Part shown: positions 51,534 to 61,529 of the stretch, one piece after another | How the letters are laid out: each line of letters starts with the position of its first letter | How positions within the stretch are numbered: position 1 is the first letter of the stretch | Assembly: GCA_963775425.1 (NCBI GenBank) | Contig: CAVZJB010000007.1 | Span: 96,001-160,000, forward strand | Length of the DNA stretch: 64,000 bases | Reading direction: 5' to 3' | Source of the DNA: an uncultured delta proteobacterium | GTDB lineage: Bacteria; Myxococcota; UBA727; VGSZ01 | The notes under the pieces: generated by a model | Told to the model about the DNA's origin: nothing | Databases searched by the model: none | What the model saw: the letters and a program-made list of their open reading frames with translations, nothing else | Translations under genes and position numbers: made by a program

Positions 51534-53636
51534 CTACTCGAGGCCGCGGTTCTTCAAGAGCGCCTTGACGTCGGGGTCGCGGCCGCGGAACGCGCGGTAC
51601 TGGGCGGCGAGGTCGACGGTGTGGCCGCGCGAGAGGATCATGTCGCGGAAGCGCTTGCCGTTTTTGCGGTTCATGCCGCCGTTTTCCTCGAACCACTCGT
51701 AGGCGTCGTCGTCGAGGACCTCGCTCCACAGGTACGCGTAGTAGCCGGAGGAGTAACCCTCGTACCAGATGTGGGCGAAGTACGTGCTGTGGTAGCGCGG
51801 CGGGACCAGCGGGTAGTCGACGCCGAAGCGCTTGAGCGACGCCGCCTCGAACGGCAGCGCGTCCTGCTTCTTGCCGCCGGGAGCGAGCGTGTGCCACGCC
51901 ATGTCGATGAGGCCGGCCTCGAGGTACTCCATGGTGGCGAAGCCCTGGTTGAACGTGTGGCTCTTCTTGATCTTCTCAATGAGCTCCGCGGGCATCGGCG
52001 CGCCGGTCTTGTAGTGACGCGCGTAGTTCTTGAGCACGGCGGGATACAGCGCCCAGTGCTCGTTGAACTGTGACGGGAACTCGACGAAGTCGCGGGGCGT
52101 CTGCGTGCCCGCGAGGGTGGGGTACTTCACGTTCGAGAACATGCCGTGCAGCGCGTGGCCGAACTCGTGGAACATGGTGGTGACGTCGTCGAAGCTCAAC
52201 AGCGCGGGCTGCCCCGGGGCCGGCTTGGTGAAGTTGCAGACGTTGAAGATCACCGGCTTTTGGTGAAGCAACCCGGTCTGGACGACGAAGTTGTCCATCC
52301 AGGCGCCGCCGGACTTGTTGTCGCGCTTGAAGTAGTCGGCGTACCAGAGCGCCAACGGCTTGCCGTTGGCGTCGCGCACCTCGAACACCCGCACGTCGGG
52401 CTGGTACACGGGGATGTCGTGGCGCTCCTTGAAGGTGATGCCGTACAGCTCGTGCGCGGCATAGAACACGCCGTCCTTCAGCACGCGGTTCAGCTCGAAG
52501 TACGGCTTGATCTGCGCCTCGTCGAGGTCGTACTCGGCCTTGCGCACGCGCTCCGCGTAGTACTGCCAGTCCCACGGCGCGAGCTTGAAGCCGCCCTTCT
52601 CCTTGTCGACGAGCGCCTGCATCTTGGCGGCCTCACCTTCGGCCTTTTTCCTGGCCGCGGGGACCATGTCGGTCATGAGCTTCTCCGCCGCCTCGGGCGT
52701 CTTGGCCATCTGGTCCTCGAGCGTGTAGTCGGCCCACGTCTTGAACCCGAGGAGCTTGGCCTTGTCCGCGCGCAACTGCGCGAGGCGCTCGATGATCGCG
52801 CGCGTGTCGTCGGCGTTGCCCTGGTCTGCGCGGTGCACCGACGCGTTGAAGAGCTTCTCGCGGATCGCGCGGTTCTTGAGGGAGGTCTGGTAGGGCTGCT
52901 GGGTGGTGTTCTGCAGGGCGAGGAGCCACTTGCCCTTCAACCCGCGCGCCTCGGCCGCCTGCGCGGCCGCGGCCACGTCGGCGTCGCTGAGGCCGTCGAG
53001 GTCCGCCTTCTTGTCGAGGACGAGGCCGCCGTCCTTGGTGGCCGCGAGCAGCTTGTTCTTGAACTCGGTGGAGAGCGACGACTCCTCCTTGTTGAGCGCC
53101 TTGAGCTTCTCCTTGTCGGCGTCCGAGAGGCCGGCGCCGGCGTGGATGAAGTCGTGCTCGTAGCGCTCGAGGAGCGCGAGCGACTCCGCATCGAGCTTGA
53201 GCTTGTCGCGCTGGTCGTAGACGGCCTTGACGCGCGCGTAGAGCTTGGCGTTCAGGTAGATGGCGTCGCTGTGGGCGGCGAGCTTGGGGGCCTCTTCCTC
53301 CTCGACCTGGGCGAGGGCGTCGTTGGTGTTGGCCATGGTGATGGCGAAGAACGCCTTGGAGGCGCGCGTGAGCGCCTGACCCGTGCGCTCCATGGCGACG
53401 ATGGTGTTCGCGAAGGTGGGCGCCGCCTTGTCGTCGGCGATCTTGGCGACCTCTGCGAGCTGCAGCTTCATGCCCTCTTCGATGGCCGGCTGGTAATCCG
53501 TGTCCTTGATCTTGTTGAAGGGCGGCGCCTGGAACGGCAGCGTGCTCGCCTTCAAGAACGGATTCTTGTGCTTGGGCGCGTCGTGGCCGGCGACGGTGAC
53601 GGTGAGGGCGACGAGGAGCAGGACGGGGAGGTGCAT
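51534..53636 (-). CDS. dcp: M3 family peptidyl-dipeptidase Dcp with signal peptide
   Basis: NPF...STLPFQAPPF, KSGGAWM, HEFGH, PRDFVEFPSQ.NE, PPRY.STYFAHI, GYSSGYYAYLW. Confidence 0.94.
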   Translation of the reverse strand: MHLPVLLLVALTVTVAGHDAPKHKNPFLKASTLPFQAPPFNKIKDTDYQPAIEEGMKLQLAEVAKIADDKAAPTFANTIVAMERTGQALTRASKAFFAITMANTNDALAQVEEEEAPKLAAHSDAIYLNAKLYARVKAVYDQRDKLKLDAESLALLERYEHDFIHAGAGLSDADKEKLKALNKEESSLSTEFKNKLLAATKDGGLVLDKKADLDGLSDADVAAAAQAAEARGLKGKWLLALQNTTQQPYQTSLKNRAIREKLFNASVHRADQGNADDTRAIIERLAQLRADKAKLLGFKTWADYTLEDQMAKTPEAAEKLMTDMVPAARKKAEGEAAKMQALVDKEKGGFKLAPWDWQYYAERVRKAEYDLDEAQIKPYFELNRVLKDGVFYAAHELYGITFKERHDIPVYQPDVRVFEVRDANGKPLALWYADYFKRDNKSGGAWMDNFVVQTGLLHQKPVIFNVCNFTKPAPGQPALLSFDDVTTMFHEFGHALHGMFSNVKYPTLAGTQTPRDFVEFPSQFNEHWALYPAVLKNYARHYKTGAPMPAELIEKIKKSHTFNQGFATMEYLEAGLIDMAWHTLAPGGKKQDALPFEAASLKRFGVDYPLVPPRYHSTYFAHIWYEGYSSGYYAYLWSEVLDDDAYEWFEENGGMNRKNGKRFRDMILSRGHTVDLAAQYRAFRGRDPDVKALLKNRGLE

Positions 53637-53734
53637 GGCGGGACCCTGCGGCGGATCGAGCGTCGATGCAACCGGTCGCCTGCCGCCACGGTGACGGGGT
53701 CGACAACGTCCCCGCAAGCGAGCATGGATCGCGC

Positions 53735-54301
53735 ATGACGCTCGGCATCCTCCTCGTCGATCCCCAATACGACTTCTTCCCCGGCGGCAGCCTCGCGGTG
53801 GCCGAGGGAGACCGGATCGTCGAGCCGGTGAACGCCCTGTTGCAGCGCTTCGAGGGCGCGCCGGTGTTCGCGAGCCGGGACTGGCACCCGGCCTCGACGC
53901 GGCACTTCAAGGAGCGCGGGGGCATCTGGCCACCGCACTGCGTCCAGGGCACCCGCGGCGCCGCGTTCCACGCCGACCTGAAGATGGAGCGGGCCCACGT
54001 GTTCTCCAAGGGCATGAACCCCGAGGACGACGCCGGCTACTCGGCCTTCGAGGCGGTGCGCGAGGAGGGCGGCAAGACCGTCGCCCTGCTCGACGCCCTC
54101 AAGGGCGCGCACGTCGACACGCTCCTCGTGGCGGGCCTCGCCACGGACTACTGCGTCAAGGCCACCGTGCTCGACGCGTTGAACAACGCCATCCCCACCT
54201 TCGTGTACACGCCCGGCGTGCGCGCGGTGGACGTCAAGCCCGGCGACGGCGACAAAGCCCTGCAGGAGATGAAGGCCGCGGGGGCGCTCCTCGTCACGTG
54301 A
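53735..54301 (+). CDS. pncA: Nicotinamidase/pyrazinamidase
   Basis: VD.Q.DF.PGGSLAV, DWHP, WPPHCVQGT.GA, YSAF, GLATDYCV. Confidence 0.95.
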   Translation: MTLGILLVDPQYDFFPGGSLAVAEGDRIVEPVNALLQRFEGAPVFASRDWHPASTRHFKERGGIWPPHCVQGTRGAAFHADLKMERAHVFSKGMNPEDDAGYSAFEAVREEGGKTVALLDALKGAHVDTLLVAGLATDYCVKATVLDALNNAIPTFVYTPGVRAVDVKPGDGDKALQEMKAAGALLVT

Positions 54302-54311
54302 GGCGCGCGCG

Positions 54312-54695
54312 TCACGGCCGCGGCGGCGCCGCGTCGAGCTCGGCCTGAACGCGCCACCACTGCGCCTCGTCCGCCGCGATGGCCGGCATCGCGCCGCCGG
54401 TGACGCGCTCGCGCACGAGCGCCTCGATGAGCTTCGCCCGGTCGAGCGCGCGCTCGTCGGCGGCGCGGCCGTCGCCGGTGCCCCGCTCGGCGTCGCGCCA
54501 GCGCTGCGACCACGTGAAGACGTCGTCGACGCTGCCCGCGCCTGCCTTCATGCGGCTCAAGGCCTGCTGGTACACCTTGGCAGCGAGCGCGAGCCGCTGC
54601 GCGCGCAGGCCCTGTGCGCCCGGCAGCGTGGTGGTGACCGGCGGTTCTGCCAGGGCGACGGTGGAGACCAGGAGCAACAAAGCGGCGAGACGCAC
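54312..54695 (-). CDS. Hypothetical exported protein
   Basis: GGAGG RBS, signal peptide, WS.RW..AE motif. Confidence 0.7.
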   Translation of the reverse strand: MRLAALLLLVSTVALAEPPVTTTLPGAQGLRAQRLALAAKVYQQALSRMKAGAGSVDDVFTWSQRWRDAERGTGDGRAADERALDRAKLIEALVRERVTGGAMPAIAADEAQWWRVQAELDAAPPRP

Positions 54696-54789
54696 GAGCC
54701 ACCTCCGCCGCGCAGGCTAGCGCGGGGCGCGCCGGCGTAGATCCCGCGGGGGGTCACACGCCGCGCCGCGGCGCCGTATCCTGCTCACG

Positions 54790-57010
54790 ATGCCCGCTCT
54801 CGCCGCGCTGTTCGCCCGCAGGCCCGAGCCGAGCTACCCGAAGCTGCCGCGGGTGGACGCCGATGGGCGCGCCAGCGTCCCCGGCGTCTTCGTGGTCGGC
54901 GACGCGGCGGGCACGCCGCTTTTGAAGCTCGGCATGAACGCCGGCGCGCACGTCGCCGGCGCCGTCGACGCCGAGCTCGGCCCCGGCGACCCCGACGGGA
55001 CCAATCCGCAAAGGGAGGTCCTCGACGTCGCCGTGATCGGCGCCGGCGCCGCCGGCCTCGCCTGCGCGCTGCGCTTGAAGAAGCGCGGGCGCAGCGTGGT
55101 GGTCCTCGAAGGCGGCAGCACGGCGCAGACCGTCGTGTCGATGACGAAGGGCAAGCACATCTTCGCCGAGCCCACGGCGGTGAAGAACGACAGCAATCTC
55201 TGGCTCTCCGAGTGCACCCGCGAGGAGCTCCTCGACAAGTGGCGCGCAGCCATCCGCGACGCCGGGCTCGACGTGCGCGAGCGGACGCGCGTGGAGAACG
55301 TGCGCCGCGACGGCGGCGGCTTCGTCGTCGAGGTCCGCGCGGCGGCGGGCGCGCCAGCGCCGGAGGCGCCGGTGCGCGCGCGGCGCGTCGTTGTCGCCGT
55401 CGGCAAGGCCGGGGCGCCGCGCAAGGCGGGCGTGCCCGGCGAGGCGGAGCACGCGGCCCGCGTGCGCTACGCCCTCGACGACGCCGCGGCCGTCTCGGGC
55501 AAGCGCGTGCTCGTCTACGGCGGCGGCGACGTCGCGTGCGAAGCGGCGCTCGCGCTGTGCGAACGGAACACGGTGACGCTCGCGACCATCGACGAGGCGC
55601 TCACGTTCCCCAAGAAGCGCAACCGCGACGCCGTCGTCGCCGCGGCCGGCGCGGGGCGGATCGATCTGCGGCTTCACGCGCGGCTCGGCGCGATCGGCGA
55701 GGCGTCGTGCCGATTTCAGGGGGGAGCCCACGCGGACGACGGTGCGGCGGGCGGAGCGGCCGACGTCGACGGCGACAGCGACGTCGAGGCCGACCTCGTC
55801 TACGTCATGATCGGCGCCGACCCGCCGGTGGCGTTCTTCAACAAGCTCGGCCTCGCCCTCGAGGGCGACTGGACGCCCAAGCGCTACGCCGTCGCCACCC
55901 TGATCTTCCTCGCCGTCTACTCGCTGTACGCGCTCAAGAAGTTCCCCGAGACGCCGTTTTCCTGGCCGTTTTCGCTCTTCCTCGACAAAGCCGCGTTCGC
56001 CGCCGCCGTCGGCCACGCCTTCGACGTCACCTTCGCTCCGTTTTCGTGGCTGTTCACACCGGCGGCGCGCGCCGACATCCAACGCACGCTCTGGTTTCAG
56101 CAGGGCTACCTCTACTCGCTCGCGTACACCGTCGTCATGGTCGTGTTCGGGCGCCAGGCGATGCTGCGCTGGACCGGCACCGCCAAGCGCCCCGCGTACC
56201 AGCGCTGGCGCTACGTCACGCTCCTCTCGTTCCAGGTGGGCTTCTTTGTCATCGCCAACGTCGTCGCCGTCCAGGCGCTGTCCATCCAGAACGCCTGGCG
56301 CGCGTGGGGGCTCTACCAACCGTGGCCGCTGTTCTTCCACACCTTCGACTGGTGGCAGCGCTCGGATCCCGCGGTGGTGAAGTGGGGGTTCATCGGCGCC
56401 GGCCTCGCCGGGACCTTCGTCGTCATCCCGCTCCTCGCGTGGAAGAACGGCAAGCGCTTCTGCACCTGGGTGTGTGGCTGCGGCGGCCTCGCCGAGACCC
56501 TCGGCGATCGCTGGCGGCACCTGGCGCCCAAGGGAACGCGCGCGCGCGCCTGGGAGTTCCAGGCCTTCGTCGTCCTCGGCGCCGCCACGCTCGCCACCGT
56601 CGTCACCGTCGGCGCCTACGGCACGCGCGCGGACAACGCGTGGGCGCTCGCATACTCCTACGTCGTCGACTTCTGGCTCGTCGCCGTCATCCCCGTGGCG
56701 CTCTACCCGTTCTTCGGCGGCAAAGTGTGGTGCCGCTACTGGTGTCCGCTCGCGGCGTGGAACCAGAATCCTCGCGCGCCTGTACGGCCGGCTCGGCATC
56801 GTGAGCACCGATCAGTGCATCTCGTGCGGCCAGTGCAGCAAGAACTGCGAGGTCGGCGTCGACGTCATGAAGTTCGCGCGCGTCGAGGAGCGCTTCGACA
56901 ACAAGAACAGCGCCTGCATCCAGTGCGGCATCTGCGTCGACGTCTGCCCCGTCGACGTGCTGTCGTTTTCGACGGCGCGGCCGCGCAAAAGTCTGCCCGT
57001 CGTGTCGTGA
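54790..57010 (+). CDS. FAD/NAD(P) thioredoxin-reductase-like oxidoreductase fused to membrane 4Fe-4S (polyferredoxin) domain; +1 frameshift at about 56768
   Basis: GVFVVGD, IGAGAAGL, GGGDVA.E.A; TM helices; FCTWVCGCG and WCRYWCP; after removing one A the frame continues NQILARLYG with CxxCxxCxxxC twice. Confidence 0.85.
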
Positions 57011-57016
57011 CGGGCG

Positions 57017-58417
57017 TCAGGGGACGCGGCCCACCCGGACGCCGGTCGCGCCGCCGCCGCCGCCCCCGCCGGCGCTCGGGGAGGTGCCGCTGCCGGGGTC
57101 GCCTTTGCCCGGGGGGGAGCCCCCGTTGCCGCCGCCGCCGCCGCCGTCGGCGCTGGCCGCGCCGCCCAGGCCCGCCGCGGGCACGGCGTCGCCGTCGTTG
57201 CCGCTCGGGCCCGGCTGCGCGGCGGTGCCGCCGGCGCCGCCGCCCCCGCCCAGGGTGATGATGGATCCCGAGAAGCTCTGCACGGCGGCCTCGAAGGCGA
57301 TCGCGCCACCGGAGCCGCCACCACCGCCGCCGAAGAGGGCCGAGTTGAGCCCGCCGCCCTGACCGCCGCCGCCCGCGGCGTCGATGACGCCGAGGCCCGA
57401 GAGGGTGCCGGCGACCGAGACCTGCAGCGCGCCGCCGCCCCCGCCGCCGGCGCCGCCACCGGCGGTGTTGCCGTTGCCCCCGCTGCAGCCGCCGGCGAGC
57501 ACCTCGGCGAAGAAGTCGTGTCCCTGCGCGACGGCGCTGCCGCCGTCGGCTCCCCCGCCCCCTTGGCCGCCCGCCGACGAGAATCCCCCGCCGCCGCCCC
57601 CACCGCTTACGAGCCCGGGCTGGCCTTCTCCGTCGGCGCAGAACGAGGCGCTCGACCCGCCCGGGCCGGCCTGGGGGCCGGTGGCCGAGACGTCGAGCGT
57701 GCCGCTGACGTCGGCGTCGCCGAAGACGAGGAAGAGGACCGCCGGCGCGCCGGTGACGACGCTGTCGGAGACGCGGAGCGTCGCGTCCCCCGGCAGCGTG
57801 AAGTCCCGCATCACGAGCACGCGGATCTCGGGCCCGCCGGCCTGCGCGATCAACATCGTAGGCACCGTTGCGCCGCAGAAGGTCGGCGCCGCGCTCGACG
57901 AGAAGATGGTGGTGGACGAGCCGAGGCCGCAGTGGACGTCGGGCGGGTCGCGCACGCCGGCGACCACGTTCGCGTCGAGGTGCGCCGGGGTGAACGGGAA
58001 GGAGCGCCAGCAAGCGTTCGCGGCGGGGTCGCAGCTGAAGCCCGCTGTGGGGACGCAGCCGGCGTCGCAGCCGTCGACGCCGTCGCAGGCCTCGGCGCCG
58101 TCGACGGAGCCGTTGCCGCAGTCGCCTCCGCCGTCTCCTTCGCCCTCGCCTTCGCCCTCTCCCTCTCCCTCTCCCTCTCCCTCGCCTTCGCCTTCGCCTT
58201 CGCCTTCGCCTTCACCTTCGCCTTCGCCCTCGCCTTCGCCCTCGCCTTCGCCCTCTCCCTCGCCGGCGTGGTCGAGGACGCAGACCCCGCCGCCGCAATG
58301 GGTGCCGTCGACGCAGTCCTCGTCGGCGATGCACTCGGTGGCGGGGCTGCACGCGGAGCACGCCCCCGTGAGCGCCAGGACGCCGAGCTCGGCGACGACG
58401 GCGATCGCGCGCTTCAT
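57017..58417 (-). CDS. Lipoprotein with (GE)n linker, myxobacterial Cys-rich repeat and Gly-rich C-terminal domain
   Basis: Lipobox TGAC; CGNGSVDGAEACD; GGGGG(A/S)GG-rich tail. Confidence 0.82.
   Translation of the reverse strand: MKRAIAVVAELGVLALTGACSACSPATECIADEDCVDGTHCGGGVCVLDHAGEGEGEGEGEGEGEGEGEGEGEGEGEGEGEGEGEGEGEGEGEGDGGGDCGNGSVDGAEACDGVDGCDAGCVPTAGFSCDPAANACWRSFPFTPAHLDANVVAGVRDPPDVHCGLGSSTTIFSSSAAPTFCGATVPTMLIAQAGGPEIRVLVMRDFTLPGDATLRVSDSVVTGAPAVLFLVFGDADVSGTLDVSATGPQAGPGGSSASFCADGEGQPGLVSGGGGGGGFSSAGGQGGGGADGGSAVAQGHDFFAEVLAGGCSGGNGNTAGGGAGGGGGGALQVSVAGTLSGLGVIDAAGGGGQGGGLNSALFGGGGGGSGGAIAFEAAVQSFSGSIITLGGGGGAGGTAAQPGPSGNDGDAVPAAGLGGAASADGGGGGGNGGSPPGKGDPGSGTSPSAGGGGGGGATGVRVGRVP
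58136..58264 (-). repeat. (Gly-Glu) repeat, about 21 units
   Basis: Tandem GGN-GAR hexamers. Confidence 0.95.
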
Positions 58418-58451
58418 GTCGAGAGCTTGCCACACCCGCGTCCGGGTGGCC

Positions 58452-58892
58452 TCACCGGCGCAGGTGCGGCGGCGCGAGCTCCTCGAGCTTCGCGTCGATC
58501 TTTTCGAAGGTCCACGTGTCCGGCCCGTAGCGCCCGAGCACCACGAGCGCGCCGGACGCCGCGCGGTGCAGCAGCCAGGGCCCCTTCACGCCCGGCTTCA
58601 CGGCGTAGTGCGCCACGGGCTTCACCACGTCGATGCGCCGATCCTTCGGGAGCGTCAGCGCGCCGCGGACGACGCGCTTGACCGCGAGCGTCACCCGTTG
58701 CGCGGGCGCGCCCTCGCCTTTCGCCGGCGGCGGCGCGCCCCTCGCCGCGTCCGGCGGCGCGGGCAGCGGGGCCACCGCGACGACGACGGCGTCGACGATG
58801 ACGTCGGTCTGCGGGAAGATCTCCTCGAGCGGCTCGGGCGGCCTGGCGCCCGCCACGAGCAGGCCGGCGACCACCACGGCGCCCGTGATCAC
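58452..58892 (-). CDS. Small exported hypothetical protein
   Basis: Hydrophobic N-terminus; GTGA overlap with the calpain stop. Confidence 0.65.
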   Translation of the reverse strand: MITGAVVVAGLLVAGARPPEPLEEIFPQTDVIVDAVVVAVAPLPAPPDAARGAPPPAKGEGAPAQRVTLAVKRVVRGALTLPKDRRIDVVKPVAHYAVKPGVKGPWLLHRAASGALVVLGRYGPDTWTFEKIDAKLEELAPPHLRR

Positions 58893-61072
58893 GGCGCGTC
58901 TTGCGTGACGAAGTACATGGTCTGGTAGAGCTTCATGAACGTGTCGAGCTTCAAGTAGAAGATGCCGTCGTTCTTGCCGTCGTCGTAGGGATACGGCTCG
59001 CTCTCACCCCACGGGTTGCGCAGGTGGACGTACTTCACGCCCTTGTCGTCCGTCTTGTAGCCGATGATCGAGTACGCGTGGTCCGCGTAGACGCCGGTGT
59101 TGGCGTAGAGCGCCTCCTGATCATCGCCGTGGGTGCCCGCGCCGATGGGCCGGTGCTTGTCGACGCTGTCCTTGATCTGGCTCCACACGCGGTCCTTGTC
59201 GTAGATGCCCATCGACGACGTCTTCAGCCCCAGGATGTCCTCGAACACCTGGCTCATCTGGCCGCCGTTGCCGATGGCCTCGTAGCTGTCGCCCTTCCAC
59301 TCCGCGTACGCCTTCTCGAGGATGGAGAACCACAGCTCCATGTCCTTGGGCGTGCGCACACCGTCGTCGGAGCCGTACAGCGGGCCGCCCCAACTGCGCA
59401 CGTAGAGGTCGCCGTCGACCTTCACGACCTCGTCCTTGAACTTGCTGGTCTGCCAGTCGTACTTCTGGAAGTGGACCTCGTACCAGACCTTCTCCTCGCC
59501 GGTGGTCTGGTCCACCTCGCGCTTTTGCTGGATGATCTTCTCGAACGTCCCCGGCTTGTGAAACGCGATGGTGGCGATGGACGCCGGGAAGTAGCAGTCG
59601 CCCAGGTTCCCCTGCGTGACGTCCTTGTAGTCGGCGCCGTCGGCGTCGAACAGCGGCCCCATGAACCGCTCCATGGAGAACTTGGGCTTGCCGTCCGCCG
59701 TCATCTCTTCGTGATGGAGCGTCGGGTCCTTCAGGTCGAAGCTGTTGAACGCCGGCTGCCCCGCCTCGCGCACGGTGAGCGTGGAGATCTCGTTTTGGAG
59801 ATCCTTGTCGTTGACGCCGTCGGTGATGCGGATGGAGAAGGTGTCGCCCGTCTTTCCCGGGATCCTGGCGCCGTCGGGCGGGTTGCCGACGTCGGTGAGG
59901 GTGATGTCGGTGGCCTCATTGGTGCGCTGGTTGACGAAGCGCATCACGGCGCCGGGCTCGCTGATGGGGCGGCTCGAGTTGATGTTGCCGAGGCTGATGG
60001 TGCCGTCCTTGTTGTCGACGAGCCCCACCCGGAACAACGCGGCCTCCGCGGGGCGCGTGTCGGGCCCGAGGCCGGCGGCGCGGACGTCGAGCGACGCGGT
60101 GGCGGTGCCGTCGGGCAGCTTCAAGCGCACGCGGATGATGTCGCCGGCGCGCATCTCGGCGTCGCCCGTGAAGGTGCCGTCGCTGCCGACCTTGCCGAGC
60201 GAGAGGAACTCGTCGGTGTGCAGGCGCTTGTTGGGGATGGTCGACATGTTGATGTACTCGACCTCGGCCCCGGGGACGCCCTTGAGCGAGAGCCGGCCCT
60301 GCCCGTCCGCCGCGCCGCTCTGGTCGCCGAGCATCGTGAGCTTGCCGTCCGAGGACACGCCGCCGCCGCCGGTGCGGCCCACGACGGCCGCCAGGAGCGC
60401 GCGCGCGTCGTCGTCGAGGGTGAAGCTGGAGCCGTCGAGCAGCCCGACGATGAGGACCTTCGTGTCGTCGCCGAGCTTGTCCTTGGCGAAGGCCGCGAGG
60501 TCGTCGCCCGGCTGCGGCGCGGCGGGCAGGAGCGCGGCGGTGACCAGCTCCTTGGCGCGAGCGGTGTCGACGGTGAAGCCCGGGTCCTGGCTCATCTCCT
60601 CCCGCCACCTGTCGAGGATCTTCTGTGCGTCCGGCAGCGCGTGCGACGACCACCCGCGGCGCGTGCGCAGGTCGAGCACCGACGCCGCCACCGCGTGGTC
60701 CATCGTGGTCTTCGCGAGCGACGGGGCCGACGGCGCGAGGCTGCCGAGCACGGACAAGCCCAGGAGCGCCGACATGGTCCCCCGCCGCAGCTTGCGCTTG
60801 ACGCCGTCGAAGAAGGACAGGCCGTGGACCGCGCTCCTGGCGCCTGCGCCGCGGGGCTTCTTCGGCGTGGACGCGAAGCCGAGCGCCCTCCTGGCTGCGG
60901 CCGTGGCGGTGCCTCCGTCGACCTCGGGCCGCTCGAGCGGCAGCGCGTCCGACGTCCCCTTCGCCTGGTCGGCGCCGTCGACGACGGCGGACGTCTGCGT
61001 CGAGACCTTCTTGGGCTCGATGCGGGGGGTCTTGTCGTAGCGCTTGCTGCCGAGGTCGTTCTTGATGGGCAT
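58889..61072 (-). CDS. Calpain-like cysteine protease (peptidase C2) with long N-terminal region
   Basis: Catalytic triad QGNLGDCYF, DHAYSI, LRNPWG; LEKAYA and GG motifs; DGIF. Confidence 0.92.
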   Translation of the reverse strand: MPIKNDLGSKRYDKTPRIEPKKVSTQTSAVVDGADQAKGTSDALPLERPEVDGGTATAAARRALGFASTPKKPRGAGARSAVHGLSFFDGVKRKLRRGTMSALLGLSVLGSLAPSAPSLAKTTMDHAVAASVLDLRTRRGWSSHALPDAQKILDRWREEMSQDPGFTVDTARAKELVTAALLPAAPQPGDDLAAFAKDKLGDDTKVLIVGLLDGSSFTLDDDARALLAAVVGRTGGGGVSSDGKLTMLGDQSGAADGQGRLSLKGVPGAEVEYINMSTIPNKRLHTDEFLSLGKVGSDGTFTGDAEMRAGDIIRVRLKLPDGTATASLDVRAAGLGPDTRPAEAALFRVGLVDNKDGTISLGNINSSRPISEPGAVMRFVNQRTNEATDITLTDVGNPPDGARIPGKTGDTFSIRITDGVNDKDLQNEISTLTVREAGQPAFNSFDLKDPTLHHEEMTADGKPKFSMERFMGPLFDADGADYKDVTQGNLGDCYFPASIATIAFHKPGTFEKIIQQKREVDQTTGEEKVWYEVHFQKYDWQTSKFKDEVVKVDGDLYVRSWGGPLYGSDDGVRTPKDMELWFSILEKAYAEWKGDSYEAIGNGGQMSQVFEDILGLKTSSMGIYDKDRVWSQIKDSVDKHRPIGAGTHGDDQEALYANTGVYADHAYSIIGYKTDDKGVKYVHLRNPWGESEPYPYDDGKNDGIFYLKLDTFMKLYQTMYFVTQDAP

Positions 61073-61483
61073 TCAGGCTCCCAGCGATCGCAGGATCTGC
61101 TCGAAGGCCTGGTCGGCCTTCGCGTGCGGCTTGTCGGTGCAGGTGACGGTGACGATGGCGACGCTGGCGCCGGCGTCGACGTAGGCCTGTCGCTGGCGCA
61201 TGGTCTCCCCCTGCGGCGAGCGGGCCTTGTGGTCGACGATGACGGCGGCGCGGTCGTTGACGCGCTCCTCCTTGCGGCCGCCGGCGGCGTAGCCCGGGAG
61301 CGAGCGCGCGAGGTCCTGGAGCTGCGCCTCGACGTACGGCCCGAAGGCGGTCTGGCCTCGGGGATCGTTGGCGAGGGTGATGGTGAAGGTGGGCGCCTCG
61401 GGGTTGTCCACCAGGGTGACCACGGTCTGGTCCACGAGGCCGGCGGGGACGTCGAAACGGAGGGAATTCCAGGTGTAAGACAT
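61073..61483 (-). CDS. DcrB/DUF1795 (PsbP-like, Eag adaptor-like) protein
   Basis: Y......F.VP....DQTV.., Y...Q...L...LPGY, M.QRQ, F..IL.S pattern; about 136 aa. Confidence 0.78.
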   Translation of the reverse strand: MSYTWNSLRFDVPAGLVDQTVVTLVDNPEAPTFTITLANDPRGQTAFGPYVEAQLQDLARSLPGYAAGGRKEERVNDRAAVIVDHKARSPQGETMRQRQAYVDAGASVAIVTVTCTDKPHAKADQAFEQILRSLGA

Positions 61484-61529
61484 CCCTGGACTGTATCGCC
61501 GCCCCGCGCTTTTTGGCGTCTCTCGAGCC

